A stretch of 64,000 bases of DNA from an uncultured Planctomycetia bacterium. GTDB lineage: Bacteria; Omnitrophota; Gorgyraeia; 2-02-FULL-51-18. Under the pieces are notes generated by a model that was not told the DNA's origin, did not search any database, and was given only the letters and a program-made list of their open reading frames with translations. Shown here piece after piece: positions 28,638 through 38,516 of this stretch. The position numbers were made by a program, and so were the translations under genes. The stretch is from positions 2,717 to 66,716 of the forward strand of contig CAZXLF010000002.1 in assembly GCA_964642015.1 (NCBI GenBank), given 5' to 3'. The number at the start of each line of letters is the position of its first letter. The stretch's first letter is position 1.

Positions 28638-29063
28638 ATGGATCAATTTTTGTTAAAGAAACAACAAGTGTTCCATTCCATGGAATCGATCACTTTTACT
28701 TGGTTTGTTGTGGTTACTACCATCGTGATCATCATTTATGGGTATAATAAATATAGACAGTTAGAAAGAGAGATCTCGCTGGGCATCCACATGTTCAATG
28801 CCAAGATCTTTATGCCCGATAGAGCGATGTTCGATCAATACAAGAATAAAAAAATGCTGCTCGGCAACGATTTTATTAAAATGTATAAAGACGATGCTTT
28901 GAGGGAACACTTGTTGAAAAAGGAAGTCAGCTATTATCAGGAGCTATTAAAAATAGTCGATAACTTAAATACCCTTAAATTTTACAAACGTCTAGCAGTG
29001 ATTATTCTGGTCGGTACGGCTTCCATCGAGATTTTTTTTGTATGGTCTGCTTTTTCTCTGTGA
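28638..29063 (+). CDS. Small membrane protein, hypothetical
   Basis: Two predicted TM helices, one near each end. Confidence 0.3.
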   Translation: MDQFLLKKQQVFHSMESITFTWFVVVTTIVIIIYGYNKYRQLEREISLGIHMFNAKIFMPDRAMFDQYKNKKMLLGNDFIKMYKDDALREHLLKKEVSYYQELLKIVDNLNTLKFYKRLAVIILVGTASIEIFFVWSAFSL

Positions 29064-29115
29064 TTTAAATGACAGGTCTAAAGGTTATATTGAAATTTTG
29101 AAAGGAGGTAATGCA

Positions 29116-29505
29116 ATGTCGATCGATGTGCATCATTTACGTTTCGCAGTGGTGGATGATGACCACCTGATTTTGGAAGTGTTTGCTTCGCTTATGCATC
29201 AATCAAATTATCATGCCGATTTTTTTTCCACGTTCGATCAGGCTTACAAAGCTATAACGGCCCACCCGGGACGATATGATCTTCTGATCACCGACATTTT
29301 TATGCCTGACGGTAACGGCATTGATTTTGCAAAAAAGATCAGGGTTGTTTTCCCCGACATTCCGATTTTGTTCATGACAGGGAGCGGGACGGACGAGCTC
29401 AAACAGCAGGCGTTAAATCTTGGCCGTGTTAGTTTTTTGGAAAAACCGTTTCATTTATCAAGCGTTTTAGAGGGAACGATAGTCAAATTTTTATCTGATA
29501 AATGA
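29116..29505 (+). CDS. Single-domain response regulator, CheY-like
   Basis: 'RFAVVDDDHLILEVF...LLITDIFMPDGNG...K'. An in-frame ATG at 29116 lies inside ORF 29038..29505. Confidence 0.6.
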   Translation: MSIDVHHLRFAVVDDDHLILEVFASLMHQSNYHADFFSTFDQAYKAITAHPGRYDLLITDIFMPDGNGIDFAKKIRVVFPDIPILFMTGSGTDELKQQALNLGRVSFLEKPFHLSSVLEGTIVKFLSDK

Positions 29506-29758
29506 CCTATCTGTATAATATTTTGAATCTCTAGGTTTGATTTAACCTATCGAAGTGAGCAGCTCGAAGAAGCCATTGGTTAACTGTTTCTGACTCAGCC
29601 TGCCGGCAGGAAGGGAATTGAGGGCGGGGTCTGCTTTGTTCTAAATTTAACTATTTTGTATATGGCTGGACAGTATTTGGTTTTTTTGGTAGAATTGTCG
29701 TTACTTATTGGGTGACCAGCGCTCATTGCCAATTGTATTATAAAGGCGGTAGTGAAGG

Positions 29759-30115
29759 ATGATGTCTAAACAGGCGATAGAAGAAAAGAGATCGTCTCGT
29801 AGAGCCAGTTGCCAAGCTTATTCTCAATTCAAAAACCTGGACTCTAAAATCCCGTCAGCCTATAATGAAACCTTTATAAGTGACATATCTGAAGGTGGTT
29901 TGCGCTTTCGTTCCCCCCAATTTATTCCGGTACATCATCGGTTATCGCTGAAAATTGATATTCCCAAAGCTCCTAGTATCGAAGTTATCGCAAAACCTGC
30001 CTGGATCAAAGAGCTCCCGAACCTCGAGCAATACGATGTCGGCGTACAATTTCTTACGCTGTCAGACACCGATAAATTTCTTCTTAAAAAATTCTTCGGC
30101 GTTTCCGCGATCTAA
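29759..30115 (+). CDS. PilZ-domain protein (c-di-GMP receptor-like)
   Basis: 'RRSSRRASCQ' (RxxxR) and 'DISEGGLRF' (DxSxGG). Confidence 0.55.
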   Translation: MMSKQAIEEKRSSRRASCQAYSQFKNLDSKIPSAYNETFISDISEGGLRFRSPQFIPVHHRLSLKIDIPKAPSIEVIAKPAWIKELPNLEQYDVGVQFLTLSDTDKFLLKKFFGVSAI

Positions 30116-30161
30116 ACCGCCGGTCAATCCATTATTAAATGTCGGCCTCGTTTTATCGATC

Positions 30162-30941
30162 ATGCTAAGTATGATTTTAACTCCAAGTGTGACTCAGGCG
30201 GACGAAGCCCCTAAAGAATTGCCGGGCGGATGGCGGCTTGTGTGGCATGACGAATTTAACGGTGGTCAGCTGGATACTTCAAAATGGACGGCCGGAGATC
30301 TAGCTCTCAATACCGGCACAGTCGAATACTACACGCCCGAAGATATTTATGTACACGATGGTGTTTTAACGATTCGCAGCCAAAAACGTCCCATGGGAGG
30401 ACGCCAGTATACCTCAGGATTGGTGTCAACTTACGGTAAATTCGCAATAACCTACGGTCGATTCGAGATATGCACGAGACTTTCCAAGGGCCAGGGTATT
30501 TTGTCGGCACAAACGCTTATGCCCATTAATAAAAGTGGAAGTTGGTCTCCTCAGATCGATATTGCGGAACTTCTTGGTCATGAACCCAATAAGATCCATA
30601 TGCTGCACCAGTATGGCACCGTTGATAAACACAAACATTATGGCGGCGTCTATGTAGGTCCCGATTTTTCAAATGATTTCCACATTTTTGCGGTGGAATG
30701 GGAACCGGACGAGATAAGGTGGTATGTCGATGGGGCCATGCGTTTTTCGACTAAGGACAACATCCCACATATGCCTATGAATATTATTTTAATTACAGAG
30801 GTGGGCGGTGAATGGGCAGGTTCTCCGACAAAAAAGACCGTGTTTCCTCAATACCATGACATTGATTATGTGCGTGTGTACGCCAAAGCCAACACTAATA
30901 TTGAGATCGCGGGTTCCAAAATCTCTAAAAATGCTATATAA
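30162..30941 (+). CDS. Glycoside hydrolase family 16 (beta-glucanase/laminarinase-like), secreted
   Basis: 'GGWRLVWHDEFNG' and the catalytic 'SWSPQIDIAELLGH' (ExDxxE). An in-frame ATG at 30162 precedes a signal-like 'MLSMILTPSVTQA'. Confidence 0.65.
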   Translation: MLSMILTPSVTQADEAPKELPGGWRLVWHDEFNGGQLDTSKWTAGDLALNTGTVEYYTPEDIYVHDGVLTIRSQKRPMGGRQYTSGLVSTYGKFAITYGRFEICTRLSKGQGILSAQTLMPINKSGSWSPQIDIAELLGHEPNKIHMLHQYGTVDKHKHYGGVYVGPDFSNDFHIFAVEWEPDEIRWYVDGAMRFSTKDNIPHMPMNIILITEVGGEWAGSPTKKTVFPQYHDIDYVRVYAKANTNIEIAGSKISKNAI

Positions 30942-30987
30942 AAAAGATAAAATGAATGATAACCTATGCAATTACTATACTGCTCAA

Positions 30988-31803
30988 ATGCCGATTTTTA
31001 AATATAGGGTCCAAAGGTTGCTTGTTCCCGTGATGATATTGTGTTGTTTATCATTTTCCGATGCCGTCAAAGCGGATGTTCCGAAAGAGCTCGCCGGAGG
31101 ATGGCGGCTTGTGTGGCATGACGAATTTGATGGAAATAAGTTGGATAGCTCAAAGTGGGTCGCTGAAGACGCGGCGCTTGAGAAAAATAATGAGGGCGAA
31201 TATTATACGCCGGAAGACGTTTCCGTTCATGATGGGTTTCTGACTCTGCGCAGCGAAAAACGTGATATGGGCGGCCGTCATTATACGTCAGGTTTGGTTG
31301 AGACTCGCGGTAAGTTTGCAAGAGTTTATGGCCGCTTCGAGATCCGCGCCAAATTACCGAAAGGTCAAGGCATCTGGCCGGCACATTGGTTGATGCCGGA
31401 TGATGATAGTTGGCCGCCTGAGATCGACATCATGGAGCTTATCGGGCACTATCCGAATAGGATCTATATGACGAATCATTTCACGAGCGCTGAAGGCGGG
31501 CCCACGTGGCACGGCGACAGTTTTACGGGTTCGGATTTTTCCAAGGATTTCCATGTTTTTGCGGTGGAGTGGGAACCGGATGAAATAAGATGGTACATTG
31601 ACGGCGTTGAGAGATTCTCGACGAAAGAAAATATCCCCAATGTCCCTATGAGGATCATTTTAAATACCGCCGTGGGAGGTGATTGGCCGGGTTATCCCAC
31701 AAAGAAGACAGTTTTCCCGCAATTTCATGACATTGATTATGTGCGTGTGTACGCCAAGATCAATACCAGCATCGAATTTGCCGATCCCAAAGACTCTGCC
31801 TAA
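30988..31803 (+). CDS. Glycoside hydrolase family 16, tandem paralog
   Basis: 'GGWRLVWHDEFDG' and 'WPPEIDIMELIGH'. A signal peptide 'MPIFKYRVQRLLVPVMILCCLSFSDAVKA' starts at the in-frame ATG at 30988. Confidence 0.65.
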   Translation: MPIFKYRVQRLLVPVMILCCLSFSDAVKADVPKELAGGWRLVWHDEFDGNKLDSSKWVAEDAALEKNNEGEYYTPEDVSVHDGFLTLRSEKRDMGGRHYTSGLVETRGKFARVYGRFEIRAKLPKGQGIWPAHWLMPDDDSWPPEIDIMELIGHYPNRIYMTNHFTSAEGGPTWHGDSFTGSDFSKDFHVFAVEWEPDEIRWYIDGVERFSTKENIPNVPMRIILNTAVGGDWPGYPTKKTVFPQFHDIDYVRVYAKINTSIEFADPKDSA

Positions 31804-31908
31804 AAAACATTAGAAAGACCACTAAGACCGAGAGAGGCAGTTCTATAAAAACTCGATCCTTTTCTTTTGGTTTAGGCAAACGCTGTGATAGAATTAACTT
31901 TCAAAATC

Positions 31909-33033
31909 ATGACGATGCGCCAAGATCCCATCAAAGTTTTGGTCGTTGAGGCTCCTGCAAAAGATACGCAGCAGATCAGACAGATCCTTTCCGGCAAAAA
32001 AGACCCGTCGTACTCCGTCGAATCGGAAACAAACCAGAGAGTGGCGCTCGAGCGTGTTTTGAAAAGTGATATTCATGTCGTTCTGATGGATGAGTCGGCA
32101 CTGAGGTCCCCAGGTTCACAAGTTATCGATCATTGGGCGGATAAGTCATCTTCAACACCTATTATTATCATCGCTGACGGCGAGAACCAGGAATATGTTC
32201 AAAAAGCCATTGAAAAAGGCGCGCAAGATTTTTTATTAAGATCGGATATCGATGAGCGGATCCTGCCGCGCGTGATCAAATACGCGATGGAGCGTAAAGT
32301 TTCCGAGGAAAGAACAAGGTCGCTTGCGAATAGAGGCCTGGCTTTTGTGTCGCTGGTCTCGCATGAACTTCGTGCGCCTCTGGCGATAGTGAAAGAAGGT
32401 GTGAATCTGGTTTTGGACAAGATCCTTGGAAAGACCAATCAAAAACAGCACCAAGTTCTGACGGCCACCCGCCGCAATATTAATCGGCTTGATCAGATCA
32501 TCACGAATATGCTGGATATTTCTAAGATCGAAGCAGGCGACATCAGGCTGCAAAAACAATGGTTCGATCTGGTCGATGTCGTGAAAAAGGTCATCGGTTC
32601 ATATGACCTTCAGATCAGGGAAAAGAAACTCAATTTGCGTGTCACTTTTTCGGGCCAGACCGTGGAAGTTTACGCCGACAAATACAGGATTTTTCAAATT
32701 TTATCTAATTTGATCGGCAATGCCATTAAATTTTCCGAGAAAGGCACCATCACGATTGCGGCTTTCGAAAAGTCGGGTCATATAGAATGTTCTATTTCGG
32801 ACAATGGTGTCGGTATCGCGAAAGATGATCTGGCGAAAGTGTTTTGCAAATTCCAGCCGTTTGGATGGACGCCCGGCGGAGGCGAAAAAGGCATGGGGTT
32901 GGGGCTTGCGATTTCTAAGTCTCTTGTCGAGCTTCACAGCGGCACGATCCAAGTTGAAAGCCAATTGGGCAAAGGATCTTGTTTCACGTTCTCTTTGCCC
33001 AAAGAGCCGACTTCAAAATTCGGCAGGGTGTAG
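31909..33033 (+). CDS. Hybrid response-regulator/histidine kinase: N-terminal receiver followed by HisKA and HATPase
   Basis: 'IKVLVVEA...VVLMDE' receiver, 'VSLVSHELRAPLAIV' H-box, and 'GLGLAISKSLVELHSG'. Confidence 0.65.
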   Translation: MTMRQDPIKVLVVEAPAKDTQQIRQILSGKKDPSYSVESETNQRVALERVLKSDIHVVLMDESALRSPGSQVIDHWADKSSSTPIIIIADGENQEYVQKAIEKGAQDFLLRSDIDERILPRVIKYAMERKVSEERTRSLANRGLAFVSLVSHELRAPLAIVKEGVNLVLDKILGKTNQKQHQVLTATRRNINRLDQIITNMLDISKIEAGDIRLQKQWFDLVDVVKKVIGSYDLQIREKKLNLRVTFSGQTVEVYADKYRIFQILSNLIGNAIKFSEKGTITIAAFEKSGHIECSISDNGVGIAKDDLAKVFCKFQPFGWTPGGGEKGMGLGLAISKSLVELHSGTIQVESQLGKGSCFTFSLPKEPTSKFGRV

Positions 33034-33035
33034 CT

Positions 33036-33422
33036 ATGTCCGAAAAAAAGAAAATATTGATCATTGATGACGAGATTGAATTTGTCGACATGATCTCAAT
33101 GAGGCTTCAAGCCTCCGGTTATAATGTAGTGGCTGTGTACGATGGCGACAGCGTGTTGAACAAAGTTCGGTCGGAAAAGCCGGATCTTATCATATTAGAC
33201 GTCATGCTTCCGAAGGCGGATGGTTATCAGGTCTGTGAGCTGATTAAAAAGGATCCTATCGTTTCAAAGATCCCTATTGTCGTGCTGACTGCAAAGGACC
33301 CATCCCGCGAAGTGGATGATATCCGGAAGACCGGCGTCGAAGATTGTTTCATAAAACCATTTGACCCTAAACAACTTCTGGCTAAGATCAAACAACTTAT
33401 TAAAAATCCTTCCCAAGACTAG
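33036..33422 (+). CDS. Single-domain response regulator
   Basis: 'KILIIDDEIEFVDMI...LIILDVMLPKADG'. Confidence 0.65.
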   Translation: MSEKKKILIIDDEIEFVDMISMRLQASGYNVVAVYDGDSVLNKVRSEKPDLIILDVMLPKADGYQVCELIKKDPIVSKIPIVVLTAKDPSREVDDIRKTGVEDCFIKPFDPKQLLAKIKQLIKNPSQD

Positions 33423-33427
33423 AATTT

Positions 33428-33501
33428 GTGCCCATAGCTCAATTGGATAGAGCGCTTCCCTCCGAAGGAAGAGGTTGCTGGTTCAACTCCAGTTGGGCAC
33501 G
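33428..33501 (+). tRNA. tRNA-Arg (CCG); CCA not encoded
   Basis: Acceptor gtgccca/tgggcac, anticodon loop 'ctCCGaa', T-arm gctggttcaactccagt. Confidence 0.75.
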
Positions 33502-33595
33502 AATTTCATTAAAAAATTTTAATCTTAAGATTAATTTTTAACTGGACTAAGCGTTTTCAAGTGCTAGAATATGCTCCCTATCTAAAGGAGGTCTT

Positions 33596-34849
33596 ATGGT
33601 TAAACACAAGAATAAAAACTTTATATTTGCTAAGTATTTTATAGCAGTATTGGCTTTGGCGTTGGGATTTTCGTATTCGAGCGCTTGGGCCGGTTATACC
33701 GATAAAAGTTATCACGAGGGAGAATTGCATACCTATAAACACCCCGGACAGGCGTCTTTCACGGGCCCTTTTGATTACGGCTCTAAGGAAACTCCTTCGC
33801 CAGCAGTTGAGCCTTCGGCTCCCGAAGGAAAATGCAATTGTTTCACTTTTGATGGCACAAAATCCTATGATCCTGATCGCGAAAAATTGACCTATGCTTG
33901 GAATTTCGGAGATGGCAATACAAGTGACCAACCGGTTGTCAAGCATTGCTACGACAAGGCAGGTGAATATAACGTTACGCTTACGGTAACAGATTCCTCA
34001 GGGCATGTTTGCGGCAACGGTGTTACTTCAACAAAAGTAAATGCCAATTATCCTCCTGTTGCGAAAGCGGGCGAAAACAAGGAAGCTTGCTTAGGCGAAG
34101 CGATCTCTTTCGACGGTTCAGGTTCTACGGCTTCTTCAGCGACACCGAAGTACAGCTGGGATTTTGGTGATGGTGAAACGGGCGATGGAGTTCGTGTCAG
34201 CCATAATTATCAAAAGCCTGGTACTTACCGTGTTCGTTTGACTGTGGATGACGGAAAAGGGACAGAATGTTCCGTGGCCACGGATTCTATCAATGCTGTA
34301 GTCACTGAAAGAGCGTCTGTTAAACTTGAGGGTCCGAAAGCCACATGTGTCGGCAACTCTGCGCATTTTGAAGCCAATGGTTCCGGTGTATCCAAGTATA
34401 CTTGGGATTTCGGCGATGGCACTACCGCTGAAGGCGGTTCCAGCGCAACGCATACCTATGAGAAAGGCGGTACTTATACGGTGAGAGTGACTGGGGATTC
34501 CGGTCACGGCGGAAGCTGCGCGGTTGCTTCGGATAGCACGACCATTAAAGTTAATTCTTCTCCGATCGCAAAGGCAGGACAAAATCTTGCTTGCTGCGTG
34601 GACAAGGATACTACTTTTGATGGCTCAGGTTCCAGCTCTCCGGACGGCAGACAGTTAAGCTATCACTGGGATTTTGGTGACGGCGAAAGTGCTGACGGTG
34701 CAAAGGTCACACACGCTTATAAGAAGAATGGCCAATATCGTGTGATCTTGACGGTCAAAGATGATTCCGGGAGCGATTGCAGCTCAGCCAGCGATTCTTT
34801 CACGGCTGATGTGAATGGAAAACCGGAAGCGGTCATTGAAGTCAGGTAA
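33596..34849 (+). CDS. Secreted protein with four PKD-like repeats
   Basis: Signal peptide, then four repeats carrying 'Y(A/S/T/H)W(N/D)FGDG' and 'Y.V.LTV.D' blocks. Confidence 0.6.
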   Translation: MVKHKNKNFIFAKYFIAVLALALGFSYSSAWAGYTDKSYHEGELHTYKHPGQASFTGPFDYGSKETPSPAVEPSAPEGKCNCFTFDGTKSYDPDREKLTYAWNFGDGNTSDQPVVKHCYDKAGEYNVTLTVTDSSGHVCGNGVTSTKVNANYPPVAKAGENKEACLGEAISFDGSGSTASSATPKYSWDFGDGETGDGVRVSHNYQKPGTYRVRLTVDDGKGTECSVATDSINAVVTERASVKLEGPKATCVGNSAHFEANGSGVSKYTWDFGDGTTAEGGSSATHTYEKGGTYTVRVTGDSGHGGSCAVASDSTTIKVNSSPIAKAGQNLACCVDKDTTFDGSGSSSPDGRQLSYHWDFGDGESADGAKVTHAYKKNGQYRVILTVKDDSGSDCSSASDSFTADVNGKPEAVIEVR

Positions 34850-34953
34850 TTTGTAGTTTTTCAAGATCATGGGCAGCTCATTTTAAAAATGGGCTGCCCA
34901 TTTTTTTGTCGAGTCGGTCACCATTTAATTTTATATCTGAAGAAGGAGATTAG

Positions 34954-35448
34954 ATGATCAACAATCCTAATGATTTACTTAATCCTGTGTTGAAAATAGG
35001 CGAAAATAAAATACTAAATGAATTCAAAGCTTTTATCATGCGCGGCAATGTGCTTGATATGGCGATTGGTGTGATCATCGGCGGAGCGTTCGGTAAAATA
35101 GTCTCATCGCTTGTGAGTGATGTTTTAATGCCGCCGATCGGCCGGTTGATGGGAGGCGTGGATTTTTCGAATCTTTTTATCAATCTCGGAAAAACATCCT
35201 ACGCTACCCTGAAAGATGCGCAAACCGCAGGAGCTCCCACACTTAATTATGGTTTGTTCTTGAATGCGATATTGAATTTTATGATTGTTGCCGCGACTAT
35301 ATTCATTCTCGTCAGGCAAGTCAGCAAACTCTATCCGAAGCCGGCGGAAGCGCCCGCAGTGCCAACGACCAAAGAATGCCGGTATTGTCTTTCGGCGGTA
35401 CCCATCAAGGCGACACGTTGCGCGCACTGCACTTCTGAAAATATATGA
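34954..35448 (+). CDS. mscL: Large-conductance mechanosensitive channel MscL with a C-terminal CxxC..CxxC extension
   Basis: '[40 protein letters not shown]' is near-identical to the MscL TM1 consensus. The tail is '[18 protein letters not shown]'. Confidence 0.75.
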   Translation: MINNPNDLLNPVLKIGENKILNEFKAFIMRGNVLDMAIGVIIGGAFGKIVSSLVSDVLMPPIGRLMGGVDFSNLFINLGKTSYATLKDAQTAGAPTLNYGLFLNAILNFMIVAATIFILVRQVSKLYPKPAEAPAVPTTKECRYCLSAVPIKATRCAHCTSENI

Positions 35449-35457
35449 TAATTTTGT

Positions 35458-35982
35458 ATGATCAAAAGCCTGTTTAATCGGAAAAACCCGCACATTATCG
35501 CGTGGCTGGCCGTTTTTCTCGTTTGCAGTCAAGTTCCTGTATTCAGTGAATCCGGTCTGGTGCATACAAAGAAATTCGGCGGGCTGAATGATGACGAAGT
35601 CATTTCGATGCGGGAGCTCAGACAAAGACAGCTAAGGCATGATCATCTGATTTTAATCGACGCGCGCGGTAAAAAAAGTTACGAAGAAGGTCATCTAGAA
35701 AACGCCATCCTTTCTTTGCCCGAAGACTACTACAAGAAAGAAGCGCTCTTTAAACAGGGCATTATTGCGCAATCCCCAAGCGTGGACCAGGCGCTTTCGG
35801 ATGCGATGGCATCTTATCCGAAAGGCACCCCAATCGTTACATATTGCAATGATGGTTGCCAAGCCAGTGCTGTTTTGCTGCTTAAGATCAAGCGTCTTGG
35901 ATTTCAAAATGTGCGTGCGATGGAAGGTGGTTTTCAATCTTGGCAATCTAAAGGCTATCCTATTATTATGGGCAAGTCTTGA
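35458..35982 (+). CDS. Secreted rhodanese-domain protein
   Basis: Signal peptide, then 'YCNDGCQASAVLLLKIKRLGFQNVRAMEGGFQSWQSKGYP' (active-site Cys loop). Confidence 0.55.
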   Translation: MIKSLFNRKNPHIIAWLAVFLVCSQVPVFSESGLVHTKKFGGLNDDEVISMRELRQRQLRHDHLILIDARGKKSYEEGHLENAILSLPEDYYKKEALFKQGIIAQSPSVDQALSDAMASYPKGTPIVTYCNDGCQASAVLLLKIKRLGFQNVRAMEGGFQSWQSKGYPIIMGKS

Positions 35983-37409
35983 TTGGCGTAAACTTCGCAT
36001 TGCAAAAAAGAAACGGTCTTTTGCCTGTGGCCGGCATTGTTTTGATATGGGCCATCCTCACCTTACCGCTTATCGGCCATATTCAAGAGTTTAAATGGGA
36101 AGAAGGCAGGCATTTTTTTGCGGCCCAATCCATTTTAAGGAGCGGTAATTTTTTTTCTTACACCGTTCAAGGAGAGCGATTCATCATCAGGCCTCCGTTT
36201 TATATTTGGGTCGTTACGGTTTTTGCCAAGTTGTTCGGCTCGCTAAACTCAATTTCACTTCGATTGCCGTCAGCCCTGTCCAGTCTCATTATGGGATTGT
36301 CGATCTATATGTTCTTAAAGGGCCGCAGTTCTCCAGAGGCGGCGTTTTTTGCAAGCCTGTGTTTTTTTACTTTTCCCAATACATTTCAGCAGTCTACCGT
36401 TGGGGAGATCGACATGTTCTTAGCCATGACTTTGTTTTTGGCTATTCTTTTATGGGTGCGGATCTATTCGGTGAAATTATTCCGTATCAGAGATGCGTTA
36501 TGGTTCACATTCTGCTTGATGATCGCAAATTTAGTTAAGTGGCCTACTTTTTCGATCATCCTGTCGGCCTCGCTATTGATGACGATGTTCTTAGAGCAAA
36601 AGACCGCTACTGTGAGAATATTGGTTCTCTCGACAGCGATAGCCATTCTTCCTGTCCTAATCTGGTGTGTTCATAATTATCGACCCGGCGATTCGAGCCT
36701 GTTTTTTTATTTGATGACCAAATTAGGAAGTCCTATCAGTCTCCGGGCTTATGTGGGTCATAAATGGCAGCTTTTGGGTGAGATCCTAGAAGATTTTTCC
36801 CCATGGATTTTTATTGCGCCAATTTTTATTTTAATGAACGTCTTTGGTAAAAAAAGAATACGCGAAAATTCTTTGTTTTTAATGTTTGTTATTTATGTTT
36901 TGGTGAGCGTTTTAATAGTTTTGGTAAGTCCGAATACCAGACCATATTATTTGACCCCTGTATCGCCGGTTCTGGCAATCATGATGGGGTATTTGTATTT
37001 TGATTTCAAGGAAAAGGGATCGCGCAGATTTTTATCGGCACTCCGCCTTTTAGTGCTTTGTTTGGTTTCATACGGTATTTTTTATAATATAAATTTCATC
37101 GCGACAGCAAAAGAAAAGCATTCTTATAACCAGAAAAACGCGCAGATCATTGATCAATATGTGAAAGACAATATAATTTACTTACCGGATGTATATTTTA
37201 TGAACCAGGTAATTTATTTAAAGTCCAGGTACAAATTTATATCGTTAAAACCGGATTTTTTCGTTGGGAAAGATAGGCTCTTTATGATCAGGGAGCGGGA
37301 TTATGTTCAGCTGTTGTCGCAGCCTTTTGTGCGCAAGGACAAGTTGTTGACGGTCGCTTCATTGGATTATGGGAACGCTGGAAAGGCTTTTTTGATAAGG
37401 ACCGTATAA
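35979..37409 (+). CDS. Membrane glycosyltransferase of the GT39 / ArnT / PMT family
   Basis: 476 aa with ~11 TM helices. The N-terminal region has a 'hydrophilic loop after TM1' architecture typical of GT-C ArnT/PMT_2 proteins. Confidence 0.4.
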   Translation: MIGVNFALQKRNGLLPVAGIVLIWAILTLPLIGHIQEFKWEEGRHFFAAQSILRSGNFFSYTVQGERFIIRPPFYIWVVTVFAKLFGSLNSISLRLPSALSSLIMGLSIYMFLKGRSSPEAAFFASLCFFTFPNTFQQSTVGEIDMFLAMTLFLAILLWVRIYSVKLFRIRDALWFTFCLMIANLVKWPTFSIILSASLLMTMFLEQKTATVRILVLSTAIAILPVLIWCVHNYRPGDSSLFFYLMTKLGSPISLRAYVGHKWQLLGEILEDFSPWIFIAPIFILMNVFGKKRIRENSLFLMFVIYVLVSVLIVLVSPNTRPYYLTPVSPVLAIMMGYLYFDFKEKGSRRFLSALRLLVLCLVSYGIFYNINFIATAKEKHSYNQKNAQIIDQYVKDNIIYLPDVYFMNQVIYLKSRYKFISLKPDFFVGKDRLFMIRERDYVQLLSQPFVRKDKLLTVASLDYGNAGKAFLIRTV

Positions 37410-37490
37410 TGAATAATGAACCGGATAAAAAATAAAAAGGTCTTATGTCAAAAACCTTATCTATGGTATTGTGGGATCCCTCGGATTTTC

Positions 37491-37564
37491 GCGCCCATAG
37501 CTCAGCCGGATAGAGCGACTGGCTTCGAACCAGTAGGCCGCAGGTTCGAGTCCTGCTGGGCGCA
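37491..37564 (+). tRNA. tRNA-Arg (UCG); CCA not encoded
   Basis: Acceptor gcgccca/tgggcgc, anticodon loop 'ctTCGaa', T-arm gcaggttcgagtcctgc. Confidence 0.75.
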
Positions 37565-37770
37565 TATTTTTTTGTAGGAATTGGCACAGGACTCGAAGAG
37601 AGTGCCAAGTTTATGAACTGCGACGGCTAGGAGCAGTGCCCGCCGCAGAGCGTAGGCGGGTCCGCCAATCAGTTTGGCGGAAATGCGGCGAGTGGCCGAC
37701 CTGAAGCGAACGTAAGTGAGCGGAAGGCGCCGAGTCCTGCTGGGCGCATATTTTTTCGATATAAATCCAG
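37565..37770 (+). repeat. tRNA-trailing element E1. It opens with an inverted copy of the tRNA-Arg T-arm, has a conserved ~100-bp core, and ends with a direct duplicate of the tRNA-Arg 3' end plus T-run.
   Basis: 'caggactcgaagagagtgccaag...gcgagtggccgacctgaagcgaacgtaagtgagcggaaggcgccgagtcctgctgggcgcatatttttt'. The last ~25 nt equal the tRNA 3' end at 37540..37572. Confidence 0.7.
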
Positions 37771-37911
37771 AAATTCATAGATAAAACTAAATAACACTAG
37801 GCATTTCCGATATTTAAGCAGCTTAATTTAAGTTTGTCATAATGACGGTTTTTAGCTAGAATAGCACGTTCATGTAAAGCGGTATTTTTGGATGAGTGCG
37901 GGTCGATTTTT

Positions 37912-37984
<73 letters not shown>

Positions 37985-38122
37985 CGGTTTTTTGGAATAG
38001 CAATAGGGATCGAAGTGAGCCGCACGTTTTTGAGTTGCGATGGTAGGAGCAACGAATGCGGCAAGTGGTCGACCCGAAGCGAAAGCAGAGGGCTCCGATC
38101 CCTGCGCGGCACATAGTTTTTT
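37985..38122 (+). repeat. tRNA-trailing element E2, same family. It starts with an inverted tRNA-Lys T-arm and ends with a diverged duplicate of the tRNA-Lys 3' end.
   Basis: 'agggatcgaagtgagccgcacgtttttgagttgcgatggtaggagcaacgaatgcggcaagtggtcgacccgaagcgaaagcagagggctccgatccctgcgcggcacatagtttttt'. Confidence 0.7.
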
Positions 38123-38140
38123 ATATATGTAAATTTTTCC

Positions 38141-38222
38141 GGGCGGATGGCGAAACTGGCAGACGCGTCAGCCTTAGGAGCTGATGGGGCAACCCTTGGA
38201 GGTTCGAGTCCTCTTCCGCCCA
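38141..38222 (+). tRNA. tRNA-Leu (UAG) with a long variable arm; CCA not encoded
   Basis: Acceptor gggcgga/tccgccc, anticodon loop 'ctTAGga', long variable arm 'tggggcaacccttgg', T-arm ggaggttcgagtcctct. Confidence 0.65.
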
Positions 38223-38268
38223 AGATTTAATGGGTGAGAAAGAGTTAAGGCGACTCTAAAAGATTTCG

Positions 38269-38344
<76 letters not shown>

Positions 38345-38485
38345 TTTTATGATAAAAGCGGTTTAGGATTCGAAGTGAGCCGCAGTTTATGAGCTGCGAC
38401 GGGTAGAAGCAGCGAGTGCGGCGAGTGGCCGACCCGTAGCGAGCGTAAGCGAGCGAAGGGCGCCGAATCCCTTCTCTCGCTCCAT
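38345..38485 (+). repeat. tRNA-trailing element E3, same family. It starts with an inverted tRNA-Gly T-arm and ends with a diverged duplicate of the tRNA-Gly 3' end, including CCA.
   Basis: 'aggattcgaagtgagccgcagtttatgagctgcgacgggtagaagcagcgagtgcggcgagtggccgacccgtagcgagcgtaagcgagcgaagggcgccgaatcccttctctcgctcca'. Confidence 0.7.
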
Positions 38486-38516
38486 ACTTTGTAGTCGATA
38501 GGAGAAACGAAACAAC

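Noticed and set aside
29955-30161. 5' extension of the GH16 ORF overlapping the PilZ gene (table start 29955)
   Set aside because: It would overlap the PilZ CDS by 160 nt in another frame and read through a region lacking a signal peptide. The internal ATG at 30162 gives a typical signal sequence.
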